A stretch of DNA of 60,308 nucleotides, filler included, from Trichosphaerium sp. ATCC 40318 (GCA_038496445.1; 2 parts of 2 records of this genome joined end to end with filler, not necessarily neighbours in it), one strand, 5' to 3'; shown: positions 1 to 14,377, numbered from the whole stretch's first letter. Numbers and translations: made by a program. The notes: generated by a model from the sequence alone, not told the origin.

Positions 1-906
1 TTAACAGAAAGTGTGCTATTCGCCAGTGTGATTAGAGGTTGCTAAAAAATAGTTAGGCTGTAATGAATTAGTTTGTTCAATGCAATTACCTATTATTTGT
101 GATGGAGCCACATTGGTCCATTTGACGTTTTTTTATCATAAGAGAGTGTCCGCTTGCAGAGGTTAAAGAATCACCTTCAAAAGTACTTTCGTCAATAGTG
201 ACAGAACTTGAAAATGAAGTCACTACAGTGACGTAAGCGAATGAGTAATATACAAAACGAAAACAATGCAATCACGTGCGTTCTTTTGAACCGACATCTG
301 TAAAGTCACTATTGCTTATGTACGCTTCAGTATCTTTTAATACAATACCCCCAGCAAATCCGTCAATGACAACAGTTGCAGAAGGGCTACCATGAATAAA
401 CTTGTAACTTTTAGTGGGCTGTACTTCGCTTAGTGCCGTACCATACAAATAGAGCTGCAATTAGGTTTGGATCGTGTTACGTTGTCCCAATCGTTTCTGA
501 GCACGTGTAAGATACCTCTTGCCGTAGTGTTCCACATGGTGGGACTAGACACTTCTGGATAAGTACCACCTTGGTAAACTGTTAAAAGGCATCGAATAAA
601 CCGAAAACAACGTTTTGAGTAGGAAAAAGAGAATACCTTGGTAACAAACGTTACAAGCGGACTGAGCGCCTCCTTGACATCTTATATCGCTTGTTTTATT
701 TGATATTGGTTCCATAGTAAGGTAAGGTGCTTGTTTTGTTCCATTTCCCTTTATTAATACTGTAAGAATGCATGTAGTGCGTGGGGACGTACTAGAGTGT
801 CATTTCCTGTTGTAGCGATAAAGAAATTACACGTGATAGGGATTGATAAATCTTTGGAGAAAACGCTAGCTACTACGGCGAATAAAATTACTACGACAAG
901 CTTCAT
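1..906 (-). CDS. Secreted/surface protein, possibly parallel beta-helix; multi-exon, runs off the left edge
   Basis: ATG at 906 gives a signal-peptide-like start MKLVVVILFAVVASVFS. Later exons read CQGGAQSACNVC, GIVLKDTEAYISNSDF and VTIDESTFEG, separated by short introns. Confidence 0.55.
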
Positions 907-1066
907 TGGTACTGGTTTTGATAAGAATGTGTTCTTGAGTGTTTGGGCACTGATTCACAATATTCTCAAACGTTTACGTGCGTTCTTGTGTTAGCAAAGA
1001 TTTCCCAAAAATACACTTTAAACACACGATGTAACATTGCAGACGGGAAAGTATTGGCACATTTGC

Positions 1067-1181
1067 GCTTCATTAATTTCTCGTTTATGAATATGAATTT
1101 ACGCTCTCATGACGAGGGTAGGTACTGATATTGTGCACAGTATTAACAGTACCTACCCTTGATTCATATCATTAGTGAAGC
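1067..1181. repeat. Intergenic imperfect hairpin (pre-miRNA-sized)
   Basis: agggtaggtactg (1115-1127) is the exact reverse complement of cagtacctaccct (1147-1159). Inner atattgtg/cacagtat and outer atatgaat/attcatat and gcttcattaat/attagtgaagc also pair. Confidence 0.75.
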
Positions 1182-1319
1182 CGACCTGGAGTCTCAAAGG
1201 CTTGACCATATAGCATCCACATAAAAACACGTGTAGTCGCAATCATTGTAAACATGCCTTTGCCCCTTTAGATGAAACCCCTTTTTCTTAGTGTTCTTTG
1301 CACTAATATATTTTGCGCC

Positions 1320-1650
1320 AATAAGTGCTTTAATGCCTTTCATCAATTACCGAAGTGTGACTGAGGTCAATGGTGTGAACGCCAGCAAGCAATTTGACCT
1401 TCATCAGTTGCCGAAGTGCAACTGATGTCAATAGTATGAACTCCCTTGAGTGGTTTGACACCTTCATCAGCTACTGAAGTGCCACAGAGGTGGATTATGA
1501 ACGCCATGTAATAAGATAATGATAGGTTTGACAAGCGTTAAACCGCGATTTGGTTGTTTGACGTAAGATGTGCGTTATTATCTCTGTAGGTAGCCGCAGT
1601 AGACGTGTACTGGTGGCGATTTTACAACGTTTTGAGGAAGAAAGCATACT
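1320..1650 (-). pseudogene. Degenerate F-box + leucine-rich repeat gene
   Basis: F-box-like LLRLPTEIITHIL is followed by ~3 repeats of GVHTID(I/L)SxTSxxDEGxKxL that only read through with frameshifts. Confidence 0.6.
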
Positions 1651-1840
1651 ACTATTTGTCTTAAACCGGCTGTGATGGACTAGCAACGTACATAGCTTAA
1701 ACACTGTGAATTAAGATCAAGGATTTACGTCACGTGATATAGCGTCATACAAAGAAAAGTAGTTTAAGAACAATGTTTTGTAATTAAATCAGCAAAAGTT
1801 TTATTTGAAGAACTTCACTAGCAACCTTTCTTTCTACGCT

Positions 1841-3701
1841 CTATTTTTTTGCAATACCTCCCTTTTTCATTGGCATGTATCTAAATAATCGTAAGTACAA
1901 AATAATGGCAAGAAATTTTAAGGCCAAAGCAAACAAGTTTTTTTCTTTCAAAAAAGTAAGTACTTTTTGGCTTCGTGGAGTTGTCTTTCCAACCTAAAAC
2001 AATGTAACGTAAGAACCAGTCACTAACGGAAAAAAAGGCAAATAACGTACCACCACACATTTCCTTTGCCAGGACCAGCATGTTTCTTCGCTTCTTCCAA
2101 AGCAGCCTTGAAAAACGATTAGAATTTACCTTCGATTATCTGCATCTTACCTCAGCTTCGGCATATTTTCTTTGACATTCGTCAAGAGACGAGTCAGCGG
2201 CCTCACGTGCTACAGCGGCGGCCTCAGCAGCAGCTTCAGCCTCAGCACGGGCAGAAGCAGCATCTGCTGCATCTTTCACAGCGGCAGCATGGTCTTTGTC
2301 AGCTTCTTCACGTTGACATTTTGCAGCAGCGTGAGACTCGTCTGCTTCCTTTTGTGCCTTTTCTACGGAATGTTATTTAGAAAAAAAAAAGACAAACTCT
2401 TTGCGGGTACCTGCTTTACGGGTTGCTGCTTCAGTGGTGATTTTAGCAGTGCGAAGAGGAAGTGGATCCTCTGAAATAAAAAGTAAGAATTGTTGAAGAA
2501 AAGCAAATTTTTTGGGTTTTATGTTCACGTGCTAACCTGCAAGATGTTGAGCGAGTTCAGCCTTTGCTTTGTTTCGTGTAACTACACCTCCTTCTTCACT
2601 CTGAAATTATTAATATTGGTACAGAGGGATAAAACGACGTGGTACCTTTTTCTTCAAAAGCTCAGTTTTGTCACTGTATGCCTTTTCTAGTGCGTGGAGA
2701 TCAGCAAGGGCTGCTCTGAGTTCATCAGCAGCAGCTTTAGCTTCTGCGGCCTTTGACGACGCAACGTCTTCCTTTGCCTACCACGTTGTCAATAAAAAGG
2801 ATGTCACTCTCTTTTTTCGAAGTACCTTTGCTTCAATGGCTGACTTTTCAGCAGCTTCTTTCGATATCTTAGCAGCTTCATCTCTTGCTTTTGCTTCTCT
2901 AGCAGTTGAAGAAGCTTCATTATCAGCCTTGCGAGCTGAATCAGCGGCAGAAATGGCCTCTTTAAGAGCGGCTTGAACGCTTTCCAACAACTCTGCGCAT
3001 TTCTTGACTTCTTCCGCATCACCCTTATAAATCATTAATTCATAACGCCTCTTTACGCTAAAGCGAAGATATCTAAATAATCTCACCTGAGGTTTGGACA
3101 AGAAGTCGTTAATACGCTTTCCAAATTTCCATAAGCAATACTCTAATAGAGCGATACGCTTATTGAAATCAAGATCAGTTTCCTTAAGTTGAGCTCTAAA
3201 GACACGTGATTAAATTAAAAAAAAAACAACGTAAAGAAAAAGTAAAAAACATACCTCATTTCTTTCACTGTTTTTGTTTCAGCAATAGCCTCCAAGAAGC
3301 GATGAGCTCCAAACTATTTTGAGAAATCAAAAAAAACAAGCTATAAACAACTGTAGATGCTAGTACTTCATCAAGATCGCATCCTTCTTCTGCTTTATCC
3401 AAATCCAACTCAACGAACTAATAGTTACTATTAGAGATCAAATCGCTCCCAAAACACAATACGTACCTTTGCGCACCAGTTCCATACATCCTCAGCTCTA
3501 TCTATTACCAAAAAGTTAGTGCTGAGTTTTAGTTGTTAAAACTATGTTTAAACGCTTACCACCAGCTTCGTCCCAGTAGGCGTTTAAGAATCTAGCGAAA
3601 AGCTGTTAGCAGTTACAAGGATTTATAGAACAGTGTATTTACGCCTTAGCTTGCTCGGAATACTTCTTTGATGCGAAATCTGACCACTTGTAATGTTCCA
3701 T
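1841..3701 (-). CDS. ABP34-like calcium-regulated actin-bundling protein with long Ala/Glu/Lys coiled-coil insertion
   Basis: Exons give MEHYKWSDFASKKYSEQAK-FLNAYW, EGCDLDE, ETDLDFNKRIALLEYCLWK (EF-like), EDPLPLRTAKITTEAATRK, GKGNVWW and GGIAKK*. These motifs recall Dictyostelium 34-kDa ABP (FLNAYW, DVNFDGRVSFLEYLL, GAIWW). Confidence 0.8.
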
Positions 3702-4299
3702 TTGTGAGGAGTGTTTTATGGACAAGGGTCAATGTGAATGTGATTGATCAAGTTGACGTAAAGTGATCATGTATAATTGAACAAAGCGTTGTTTTTTGGC
3801 GCTTGCTTGGTAACACAAGGTCACGTGCATACATTAATTGCAAATTCTCTATTGTTTCACGCAGATTTGTCACCACAACAACGTTGAGTACTTGTTTTCG
3901 ATATACATGAAGTCCATTTGCTCAACACAGCGTTTTGAAGAAGTCAATAGTTGTCAAGTTTCTTTTGCCTGTATTTTCCGTATCTGGTTGCTTATTTTTG
4001 TTTTGCTATCCGCAAAAGGCTTATCCAGTTACATTATCGCTCGAATACATATGAAAAATTCAGATTGCGGATAGGTTACTCAAAAAAACTGACTACAACA
4101 CCAATTTAGCAAAAATCTTCTCACCCAACATCAAAAGCCAAAGAACTCGCCGGAAAACTGATATTTTAATTTACGTAAATCTGCTAGTACAAATCTCGAC
4201 AAAGTACGCTTACTATACGGCAATACACGCGAAATGAGCTCGTACGGGTACGTAATTTCCGTTTTGTAACCAAAAAAAACCGTTTGAAGCATTCCATAG

Positions 4300-7200
4300 T
4301 TGTTTAACGCATAAACAAGCGGTTGGCGCGATGACAGACCTTATAACGGTAGAAGAGAAAACCAAAGCAACGGAAGAGGTCGTGGGCATCGTGGTAGCTC
4401 CAACAGGCGCTATAACAACGACAACTATAATAGATACAATAACAGGCACTCAAACGAAAGAAGCAACTACAATCAAGGTAGTACAGAATTTTCTTTATTT
4501 TATGTTGTTAATTAGCATTTAATACGGTATACTACGCCAGTCTAACCAATGAGGTTGTGTTTTTGATGAGTTGTACAAAAGTAGGAAAATACAAACTAAA
4601 CAGTCCGTCTAGGCAATTCATCCTACGATCAAGACCGATACTCAAACCGTGGTGGGAGCAATAATTACTATCGAAATGACCGTTCAAACTATGACAGAGA
4701 TACAAGGAGTGATCACAGACGAGATTACAGATCAAATCAGAGTGAGCATAATAATCAACGTTATCAAGATAGAGGTGGACGTTATGGAGGTTATAATAGT
4801 CGAGATAGAGGTAATAAACGACGTGGTAGAGGTAACGGAGATACAGAAGGGTACAGGTATTAATATCAAGCATGAGGCTTACCAACGAATGCATTGACAT
4901 GCTTTTTTTTCTTTCATATCAAAATCCAGAAAATGGAATACTCACAAGGTTAGTTATGGTAATCGTGATCAACGTGATCCTTGGTCAAACTCATCAAACT
5001 TACGTAATGGTTTGAGAAAAGATGGTCAATCCCAGAGGCCATTACCTAGGAACGTGAGTCTACAGGATTGTTTTTGAAACTACTTTTAAAGGTGATTTTA
5101 GGTGACACATGTTGTTCCTTCAAATCCACGCAGAAGAGATAAGGTTGAGTCAGCTGGTGAGCGTGGTGAAGTTCTAAAATTAAGGTTACATGATGGTCTT
5201 ATAAGAAGTAAAAAGGAGCCAAAGAGAGTGCTAACCTTTGATCTACGTGATGTAGCTAAAGGAAGCGAAAACCTTAGGTTATGTTATTTTTGTATTCTGA
5301 ACGAATCGCAACTAACGCTTCGCTATAGGAAAGGAGACTTGGTTACTTTTGATGTGGTCCGTTCTTATTCAGAATTACGTGCTATCAATGTCTCTCTTGA
5401 GGCAACCATGTCTTTCTTGGGTAGTAGCAAAAAGACAGAGAAGGTGGAACCGAAGAAAGAGCCAGAACCTAGTTTACCAGATTTTGACATGATGCCGAGT
5501 TATTTGCGTCCAAAGACAAAGAAAACTCAAGCGACTTTGCCAGTACGGGTGTAACATTAGTATTATAGCCTATCTAAGCTTGCTTCTTTCCCAATTAAGG
5601 TTGTTGCTTCAAAAAAATCTGAAAAGAAGAGCTCTCCGCGCTCACACGTGCCTCTTACAGGCTCGAACGCAAGACGGTACTTAAATATTCTCTGCAACTT
5701 AACTTCGGATTTTCTTCGTTGCTGCGTAATTATTTGTAACGTTTCTCATTTATTGTACTAGATATATGGGTGTTGTAAAGAATATGAGAGGAGCAGTTGG
5801 GTTTATCGCACCAGAAGATATTTCTGCTCATCCTAAAATGACAAACTCATTGCTTTTCCCTATGCGCCAAGTACTTGGCAATGTTTCTCTTCAAAAAGGA
5901 GATAAAGTATCATTTAATGTTGTACCAGATCCCAAAGACCCTGAAAAGATTATTGCATCCCAAGTGAAGCAACTCAGTAACAACGCAGCTGATTATGAAG
6001 GAAATTTGGTAAGAGAAGGTCATACTAATATTCTTTGAGAGCTCACGAAACTACACAATAATATTGATTGTCAACTCCCTCTTACATGTTTGCCTATAGG
6101 CCCAAGGGCTTGACTTCACTGATAAACGAGTTATAAAAAGATTTTTGGGTAAATTCATTAATGGTGATGTCACAGATCTTTTAGTTCATCGTGAGCAACT
6201 ACAAGACTTAGTAAACATGAAAGGTAAAGAAGCTACATTTCACTGAATGTCGTAACAAACCATTTCCTTACACTCTTGTAGAACTACCATTCTCAGTAAC
6301 GCCGCTCTTATTAAGTGTAATAGCTCACAATGAGCTTGTTTCAAATCCAAGAGCTGATGCTCTATACAGAAACGTCTTAACTTCAAACTTTGTTAAGAAC
6401 CCACATAATCTTAATAGTTTTATACTCAAACTTGTAAATACACACTCACCAACACCAGACCAAGTACGATAAAATCCTTATTATGTATTTATTATTTCGC
6501 TGCTTGCCTTGTCAAGTTATGTAGACAATGGCTTTTACTTTATTGATCTTGTCGTAACACGAGTTTTTTAGATTCAGAGTTTTAATCACATTTTGACACT
6601 CATTGAAAATTTATGCGAAAGGTTCCCTTCAAACCTTCATAATTTACCTCTTGAACAATTAGCTATTGTTCCTGATACTTTGGATAAGTTTGGAGCAAAT
6701 ATAAAGAGTAAAGTAGAGGGCATACTGCAGTTCCGTGATAGGCTTAACAAAGCAACATATAAGGCCCAAAAAGAAAGTTCACAAGTACAAACAACTCTTG
6801 ATGAAGGTGACTTTAGAACGATGGATATTTTCCCAACACTCGAAGAAATACTTTCTGACACATCAAGAAATCTCTCAGAGAGGGCACGTGATATTTTTCT
6901 TTCGTAGAAGACTTATCTAACCAATCGTTAGGTGAAAAGAAATGTTACTCGAGGAAAATGGAAGAATGTTATGGAGTATCTTGATACACATTTTCGCCTT
7001 CTTCGGGAAGATTGCATTGCTTCTATACGCCAAGGTATACGTGCATACAAACAACAAAAGATAGACGAGTACGTGGGTTTGAGGAGCTGATTTTAAATTG
7101 AAAAACAAGCACGACTAGTTACATTAACTCTACATTAGATTTGAAATTCAAGTCTACACTGATGTTACCATGGTTGGTCTTATGTGCTCACATAATGGTA

Positions 7201-10200
7201 TTGTATATCGAATACACTTCAATACAGATTCTTCTATTGATTGGAAGCGAACAAACAGGCTAATGTATGGTATGTACTTGCTTGCGAACAAGACGAACTT
7301 TTTTTGTAAACAATGTATTTAGGTTCATTGCTTTGCATTAGCCCTGATGGATTTGATACCTTATTGTGGGCTACTGTAGTTAACAACGATACACAGCTTC
7401 TTGAGAACAAACACCAAGTCGACATAAGATTCTCAGGTACAACAACCGATAAATACACTTTTTGTTAACTTTTCTTTTGTATAGATGGGCTTGAAACTGC
7501 TTTTGATCCTAATGTGACATACACTGTCGTAGAGTCTGTATCAACATATTTTGAAGCATACAAGCATGTTTTACAGGCTCTAAAGAATATTGACATTCGT
7601 ACTTTTCCATTCCAAGATCATATAATTGACTGCAAAGAAACAGTCAGGTATGTTCTAATCTCATTTTATTTTTTTTCTTATTTTTTTCTTCAGTCCACCA
7701 AAATACTTGAGGGAGAGTAAGGCGAATTACGAATTCACAACAGTTTTTGAAAATGGAGGTACAATGTCCTTGAATGTATTACGTCCTTGGCCAAATACCA
7801 TTAGAACGACGATGGATGATAGTCAGGTACTTTTTTTTCATCCTTGATAAATTCTCACCAATAATCATTAGTTAACCTCTCTACGGTGTGCACTTACAAA
7901 AGAGCTATCGGTTATACAAGGACCACCTGGAACTGGTAAAACATTTGTAGGCCTAAAGGTCATGCGTAGTTTATTAGAGAACGACAGTCATCGCCCAAAT
8001 GCGCCCATGTTAATTATTTGTTATACTAATCATGCCCTTGATCAATTCCTTGAAGGTATCGTATTTCTGTCGCTTACATCTTGATTTTAAGTGATTCAAA
8101 AGGTATATTGGAGTTTGAAGAAAGTGTTGTAAGAATAGGTGGTAGATCAAAGAGCGAAAAGCTTGCCGAAAAGAATTTAAAGGTTTGCCAACAAACTATT
8201 AATGACTAAAACTGAACTGTTTGTTAGTTTCTCATGACAAAAAGTAATTGTGGTAAAGAACATTACCGTCAAAGAAAGAAAATATATGAGAGAATGGGAT
8301 CTCTAGAAGAAGAGATAACAGAATTATTTGAGAACCTATCAGACATGTACATACCTCACGAGGAGTTTGATAAGGTAAGCATACCTTATTCATTCAAAAA
8401 AATTCAACTCACATGTTCATTTCAAGGTTGCTCAGAGCCATCAAGTAGTAAGTTTATTTTCACGTGGAGGTCAACCTGAAGTTGTAATTGATAAATGGCT
8501 TGGCATGCTTCCAGATGAGATACAAGTATGTCTGCTTTGTTTAAAAAACCGTCCTTTGTTTCAAAACATCGAGTTTTACTCAGTAGTTATATCTTATCAT
8601 CATTAACATACCTTGAAGCTACCTTCAGATGATTCAAATTCCTCACAGCAATTTAATAAGGAATCAAACTCGAATCAACCTACAAAACAGGCAGCAAAAC
8701 CATCATCAGCAGAATTCGATGAAGAAGACTTACAAAGAATGAGAAACGATAGAATGATCGATATTGATGATAAAAAAGCTTCTACAATGCTTGAACTTGA
8801 TTCTAAATCTTTTAAAGCTCTTGCAGAAGATGTACCAGACAGTTTAAAACATACTGAGGACGTTTGGAACATATCTCGCAAAGATCGCGCCAAGTTGTAT
8901 TTTTATTGGCTTCATGAATATCGTGAACTCCTACAACGTAAATTAGCTTTGCTAAGTAAGAAATACGATCAAACAACAAAACAGAGACAGCTACTAGTTG
9001 AACAACAGCAGGTACAAACCATCAAAAGTACTATTAATTTTATCCGAAAAAACTGAGAATTCTGTTTTGGCGTGTCACGTTTTACTAGTTTGTTTTTGTA
9101 ATTGTTCTTCTAGATCGCCGTATTACAAGAAGCCAAGGTTATTGGTATGACCACAACTGGTGTAGCAAAATTCCAGAGGCTTGTACAAGGTATAAACGCT
9201 AAACCATTTCCAACAGTATGTTAATGACCTCACTGTTTTTAGCTCTGGGAACTTGTGTTATTATAGTAGAAGAAGCAGCTGAAGTTCTAGAAGCTCACAT
9301 AGTTACAGCTCTTTCTCCTGCATGCCAACACTTGATACTGGTACGTCTTTACACACCTCATCTCCTAAACCTTTTTGTTACTAATGTTGAACTAGATTGG
9401 AGATCACGAACAGTTAAGACCTGGTACAAACGTTTATGATCTCTCTAGACGTTATGACCTAGATGTATCATTGTTTGAGAGGTTGGTGAACAATAACGTT
9501 GAACATACTACTCTTGGAAGACAACGTCGTATGAGGCCTGAAGTATCACAACTTTTAAAGCCTATTTATCCTCATCTGACAAATCATCCTTATGTTGAAT
9601 CATACCCAAGTGTAAGTTTGCAAACTTATTCCTACAACATAATATTCTTTGCAACCAGCACAGTTTTTCTTTGTGTTGCGGCTTTGATCCACAATTTTTT
9701 TGTGAATTTTTACAAAAGAATTCAATTGATTCAAATTCTATGTGTCATTTCACCTAATTTCAATTTTAACCTCTTTCTAGATCAAGGGCGTTTCAGAAAA
9801 TGTTTATTTTATTACTCACAACCAACACGAGTCTGGAGATCCAAAAGGAACTTCAAAGGTGATCTATTATTAGTAATACAAAACCATGTACTAATTGTTT
9901 TACAACTTAGTGCAATACTCACGAAGCAAAATTTTTGGCTAGACTTACTCGCTATTTAATATACCAAGGCTATAAGCCAGAGCAGGTAACTCAAAATAAA
10001 ATACCCACAAGCTAGCTTATGTGATGTCTAGATAACAGTACTTACAGCATATGCTGGTCAAACAAGACTACTCCGAACAGAACTCAAGTACGATTCTCAG
10101 TTTGCCAAAAAAACACTTTCCAAAGGTTGAAACATTGTATCTGACTGCCTCCTCAACTTATAAAGATTGCAATGATGGATCTTTTTCTTTCTATTTTTAT

Positions 10201-11318
10201 TGTCGGTAACACTAGTATTAGAGCAATGGAAATACCTGATGTTTATGTAACTTCTGTTGATAACTACCAAGGTGAAGAGAATGATATTATTCTTTTGTCT
10301 CTTGTTAGATCAAACAAGAAGGGTATCATTGGGTTCTTGAGTGCTAGTAACCGTCTATGCGTTGCTTTATCACGCGCTAGACAAGGTATGTATGTCATTG
10401 GAGATGGAGAAATGCTACAACAGTTCAATAAGCTATGGGGAACAATTGTATCAATATTAAAAAAAGTACGAAAAAAGAACGTTTCACGTGTTTCAGCGTT
10501 ATTTGGCTTATCAGTTTTTAATTTAGGATAATAAATATGGGCCATGTCTTACACTCAAATGTCAAAAACATCCAAAGACCATGACAAAAGTATCTTGTGC
10601 CTCAGACTTTGAAGTATGATTTTTTTTTAATACATCTTTTTTTTCTTCTTTTGCTCTTTGTTTTGACTTTCTTCTTTAGAATGTAAAGGATGGTGGTTGT
10701 TCTTTAAAATGTGCAGCAACCCTCGATTGTGGTCATGTTTGTTCATTATTTTGTCATCCAGTACCTCACTCTGAAGTACTATGTCATAAACCTTGCCAAC
10801 GCTCTTGTGAAGTTTGTAAAGCTCCTTGCCCAAGACGTTGTCATGAATGCACTGAAGGTGTACGTATAACTCTACATCATACTTCTTATTTCGGCTTCAT
10901 CCATTTTGCTGTGATTTGTAACATATTAATGGGTCTATAGTGCGGAGAGTGTGAAGCATTGGTTGAAAAGACTTTGCCGTGTGGTCATGTTAATAGTGTT
11001 TTGTGTTCAGAAGAAGATTTGGAGGCAGTGAAGTGTAGCATAAACTTAAAAATAACCTTTAAGGATTGCGGTCACACAACCACAATGAGATGTGGTACAA
11101 AATCACCTAAAAAGTGTAACGAGCAAGTATTAGTGAGAGATGTATGTATTTCTAAATTGATTCAAAAAACACTTTTACAGCCAGTATTGTATTTTCCTCT
11201 TTTACTCACATGTTCACAGGGCATTGTTATGGAATATACACCTTGTTGGTTAGCACAGAAGAATGCAAGGAAAAAAGCTAACGCATTGAAAGCAATAGCA
11301 GTTCATAATGATGAATAA
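4300..11318 (+). CDS. ZNFX1: ZNFX1-like SF1 (UPF1-like) RNA helicase with RG-rich N-terminus, two cold-shock-like domains and C-terminal Cys-rich NFX1-like fingers; start approximate
   Basis: Motifs seen across exons: YLDTHFRLLREDC, RLMYGSLLCI, IQGPPGTGKTFVG (~7915), ICYTNHALDQFLEG, VIGMTTTG, EEAAEVLEAH, GDHEQLRP, SLFERL, QRRMRP, VDNYQGEENDIILLSLVRSN, ALSRAR, then CGH repeats. Confidence 0.88.
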
Positions 11319-12349
11319 AAAATTTGTTCACTATTTTTCTTGTATATATTTTTAACGCTCATCAACAACTTGCTTGCAGCTGCACATCTCCGCCTCAGCA
11401 TCTTCAGAGCATATCGAGAGCATATCAGTTGCAACACCATGTTAGAATCCACTTAAATCCGCATTGAAGCAAAAGCAGAATTGTGCGAGTTTCTTGTTTA
11501 GATCGTTGTTTACAAAGAAAACTCAAACTATTTTCGGCTTTTTGCCTCCCCTCCTAAAACGCATACACAAAAATAGTCGAAGTTAACTCTGCCACGCGTG
11601 TAGATGCCACACAAGCGGAAACGTTTAAGTGGAAGTTGATATTTGCAACTCCACAAACCCTTGTAAATAGGCTACTACTCCTTTTCTAAGCGCAAAATAC
11701 GTATCTGAGGCCTACTAGCTTTAGTTGAGCAACTTGTTAAAGAGCTCTTCCAGTACATTCTAATTCTAAAAATATGGGAATTTCCATGTTTGTGGTACAC
11801 CTTTAACTGCACAACCATCTCAAAGCCTCATACATAATTTATTGTTACAAACCTATTGATGAAATGTTGAAAAAAGTAGGCAGAACTTTCCGTCACCTAC
11901 TCGCCTGAAACTGCTAAAAATGATATTTAAACCTCTTTTATTAACAGGCAACATCAAAACAGTTATGCACAATAAGTACATTATACACAATAAACACAGA
12001 AAATATGTGCCGTGATCTTTTCACAAAAAAGGATTTTGATTGATTATTTAAGGCATCAACACATTTATTCGAATGAATAGGCCAAATCCGCCAAACAGTG
12101 ATTTACTGCTTATCAATGAGGTGATGTGGAAACAAGAATTTATGGAACAATTTTGTTCACATCAAAATAAACAGCCAAAAATAATGATTGTATTCAACAG
12201 CGCAATAGTATGATGTGATTTTTGGCTTTTTATTTACATAAGTTAGATGGGAACAAAACAATGTAAACATTTAATGTGCCCTACAACAAATCAAAAGGGC
12301 TTAACAACGGAGATAAGTACATCAACCCTCAATAAAATTAACAATCTTT

Positions 12350-12538
12350 GGCAGATCCAGGCCAGTATTGCCCCGGTGTCTATGTCAGTTGTGTCGCTTT
12401 TAATGCGGTATTTACACCAACAGTAGCTCCTGCAACAACAACGTCACCTACAACTAACAGCTCCTACAACAACTACATCACCTCCAACCACAGCATCGCC
12501 TACTACACAGGCACCAACTTTCTGGCACCTTAACAGCT
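12350..12538 (+). pseudogene. 5' part of a mucin-stalk membrane protein gene interrupted by the LINE
   Basis: PTVAPATTTSPTT/TAPTTTTSPPTTASPTTQAPT with small frameshifts, ending at the TSD aacagct (12532-12538). Confidence 0.6.
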
Positions 12539-13104
12539 ACAGTGCTTACACCTAGCACATTAACTGCGCGGGGAGTGCATCACCTCTTCACTATTTTACG
12601 TTCTAACTATTATGTTACGCTAGTTAGAATAACAGTAGTGCCGTTTATACCTACTTTATACCCAAGCCCTACATTTCCCTTAGTAAACATTATTTAGAAC
12701 GTTATTAATAGTTGCAACACTTAAGAACAGTTAAGTAACACAATATTCAAATGATTCTACAACGAAACACATTCAAGTATTATGATTTTCTCGTTTAACG
12801 GTAGTCATCTTTATCAAAGAGCAAGACCAGATCCTCCACCAAGGCAACACAACAAGTTATGTGATAAATTAGAATTTAATGTAACAATTAACACATCACA
12901 GAAAACCAGAAAAATCGATTTTAACATACAGCACAATATGTAAGACAGATTTTCTTTCTTAATTATATACTAATGGAAAAGATAGCTAATGGAAATTTCT
13001 GTTGATGAAAAAGATAGTTGCAAGTTATGTAGAAACAAACAAACTAAACATTAGTGAGAAAATAAAGATCAAATTGGGCAGTAAATCAACAAATTGACCA
13101 AGTT

Positions 13105-14154
13105 ATGGATGAACTTCCTGAAATCCAAAGAATCTCAGTCTTCAAAAACACGATCGAAAAAGTATGTATTGATATGTCCAAGTCCAATGACAATCAATTA
13201 CAAGAAAGCGCTCAACAAGGAAGAATCGTGTGGATTATTAAACTCGAGATTTATCCAGATCTGATCCAAGGTGTTAGACCCAAACAATTCATTTCCGATG
13301 ATCTTCAAGCCAAGTTCAATCTAGCTAAACGTGCTATTCATGAAGTAATCAAGAGCGAAAGTGAACATATCATTACGGCTAAGGAGTTCCCTTTCAATAC
13401 TACGATTTCTATGTATGCTTCTCCGTCTGTTATAGATGATATCCAAGAACTTCGCGGTAATCTCAAGAAAGATGGATTCAACGTTATTACTATTGCCCAC
13501 AACTCGACCAAAATAGTTATCTCTGGTTTCGAAATCACGGAAGGAGAAAAAGAGATGCGTTTTCTTTGTAACGCATTCTGTGAAGCTATGGGAGTCAAAC
13601 TTCTCGACTTTTGAAGATGGAAAACTGAAACGTTTCATTATCCGACGAATGGTTGTGTTTTCTTGTGCTCAAAGATTATCGCAGGATTTGAAAAATTCCA
13701 AGTTCTCAAGAGAAATAAACATCATCTGGTTTTTAAGGTGTTTAAAAGCGCTAAGGACTTCAGAAGTGCCCAACAATACGCAGACACGGTACAATTTCTC
13801 TCCGAAAACGAAATAGAAAGTTTTAGATTGGGAAAAAGAAAGAACGAAACTGCTGTCAATCCTGTTCAACCGAAGCGCCCAAGAAAGATTGTTGCTCCTT
13901 ACAATCCTCAACAACCGACTGTCTGTGACCCAGATGCTCCAATGCAACCTGTTCAAATACAACAATTTGACGATCAATATGAGAAGGATAAAGTTATACG
14001 CGAACGAGCCTTTATTGATGCACTTAAACAACATATGGCATTAGAAAGACCAAAGAGAATTGCAAAGGGAGTCGATCCGGAGTTTAAAGAAGATGAGATT
14101 ACCCAGCTGCGTATCGCCTTCTATAAGAATAACCCTCTTAACCCAAAAAAATGA
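13105..14154 (+). pseudogene. LINE ORF1 (~349 codons) with one in-frame TGA
   Basis: ORFs 13105-13614 and 13663-14154 are in the same frame, joined by LLDF*RWKTETFHYPTNGCVFLC. The single stop is at 13612-13614. Confidence 0.75.
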
Positions 14155-14377
14155 TGATTAGACTAATAAATACATCATTTACGTTGACTTACCCTTTTTT
14201 GCTGTTTTCTTACCCTTTTTTGTTGTTTTCTCTTGTTTTTCTGCTTCGTAGGGTCCTTTGGTTGTGTCGGCTCTGTTTTTATAGAAAAATACAAATTTGT
14301 AACCATTCTTTTATTTTTGTGTCTTTTCTAGTTAGTTATAGGTTTGCCTACGCGTGGTTTGGGTTATATGATCTTCT

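Noticed and set aside
2172-2976. Plus-strand ORFs rich in Ser/Ala/Phe (and similar short antisense ORFs elsewhere)
   Set aside because: Shadow frames of exons on the opposite strand.
13612-13614. In-frame TGA in LINE ORF1 as readthrough, selenocysteine or an alternative genetic code
   Set aside because: TGA terminates host genes here (e.g. MetAP2), and the element has other disabling lesions. A nonsense mutation is the simpler explanation.
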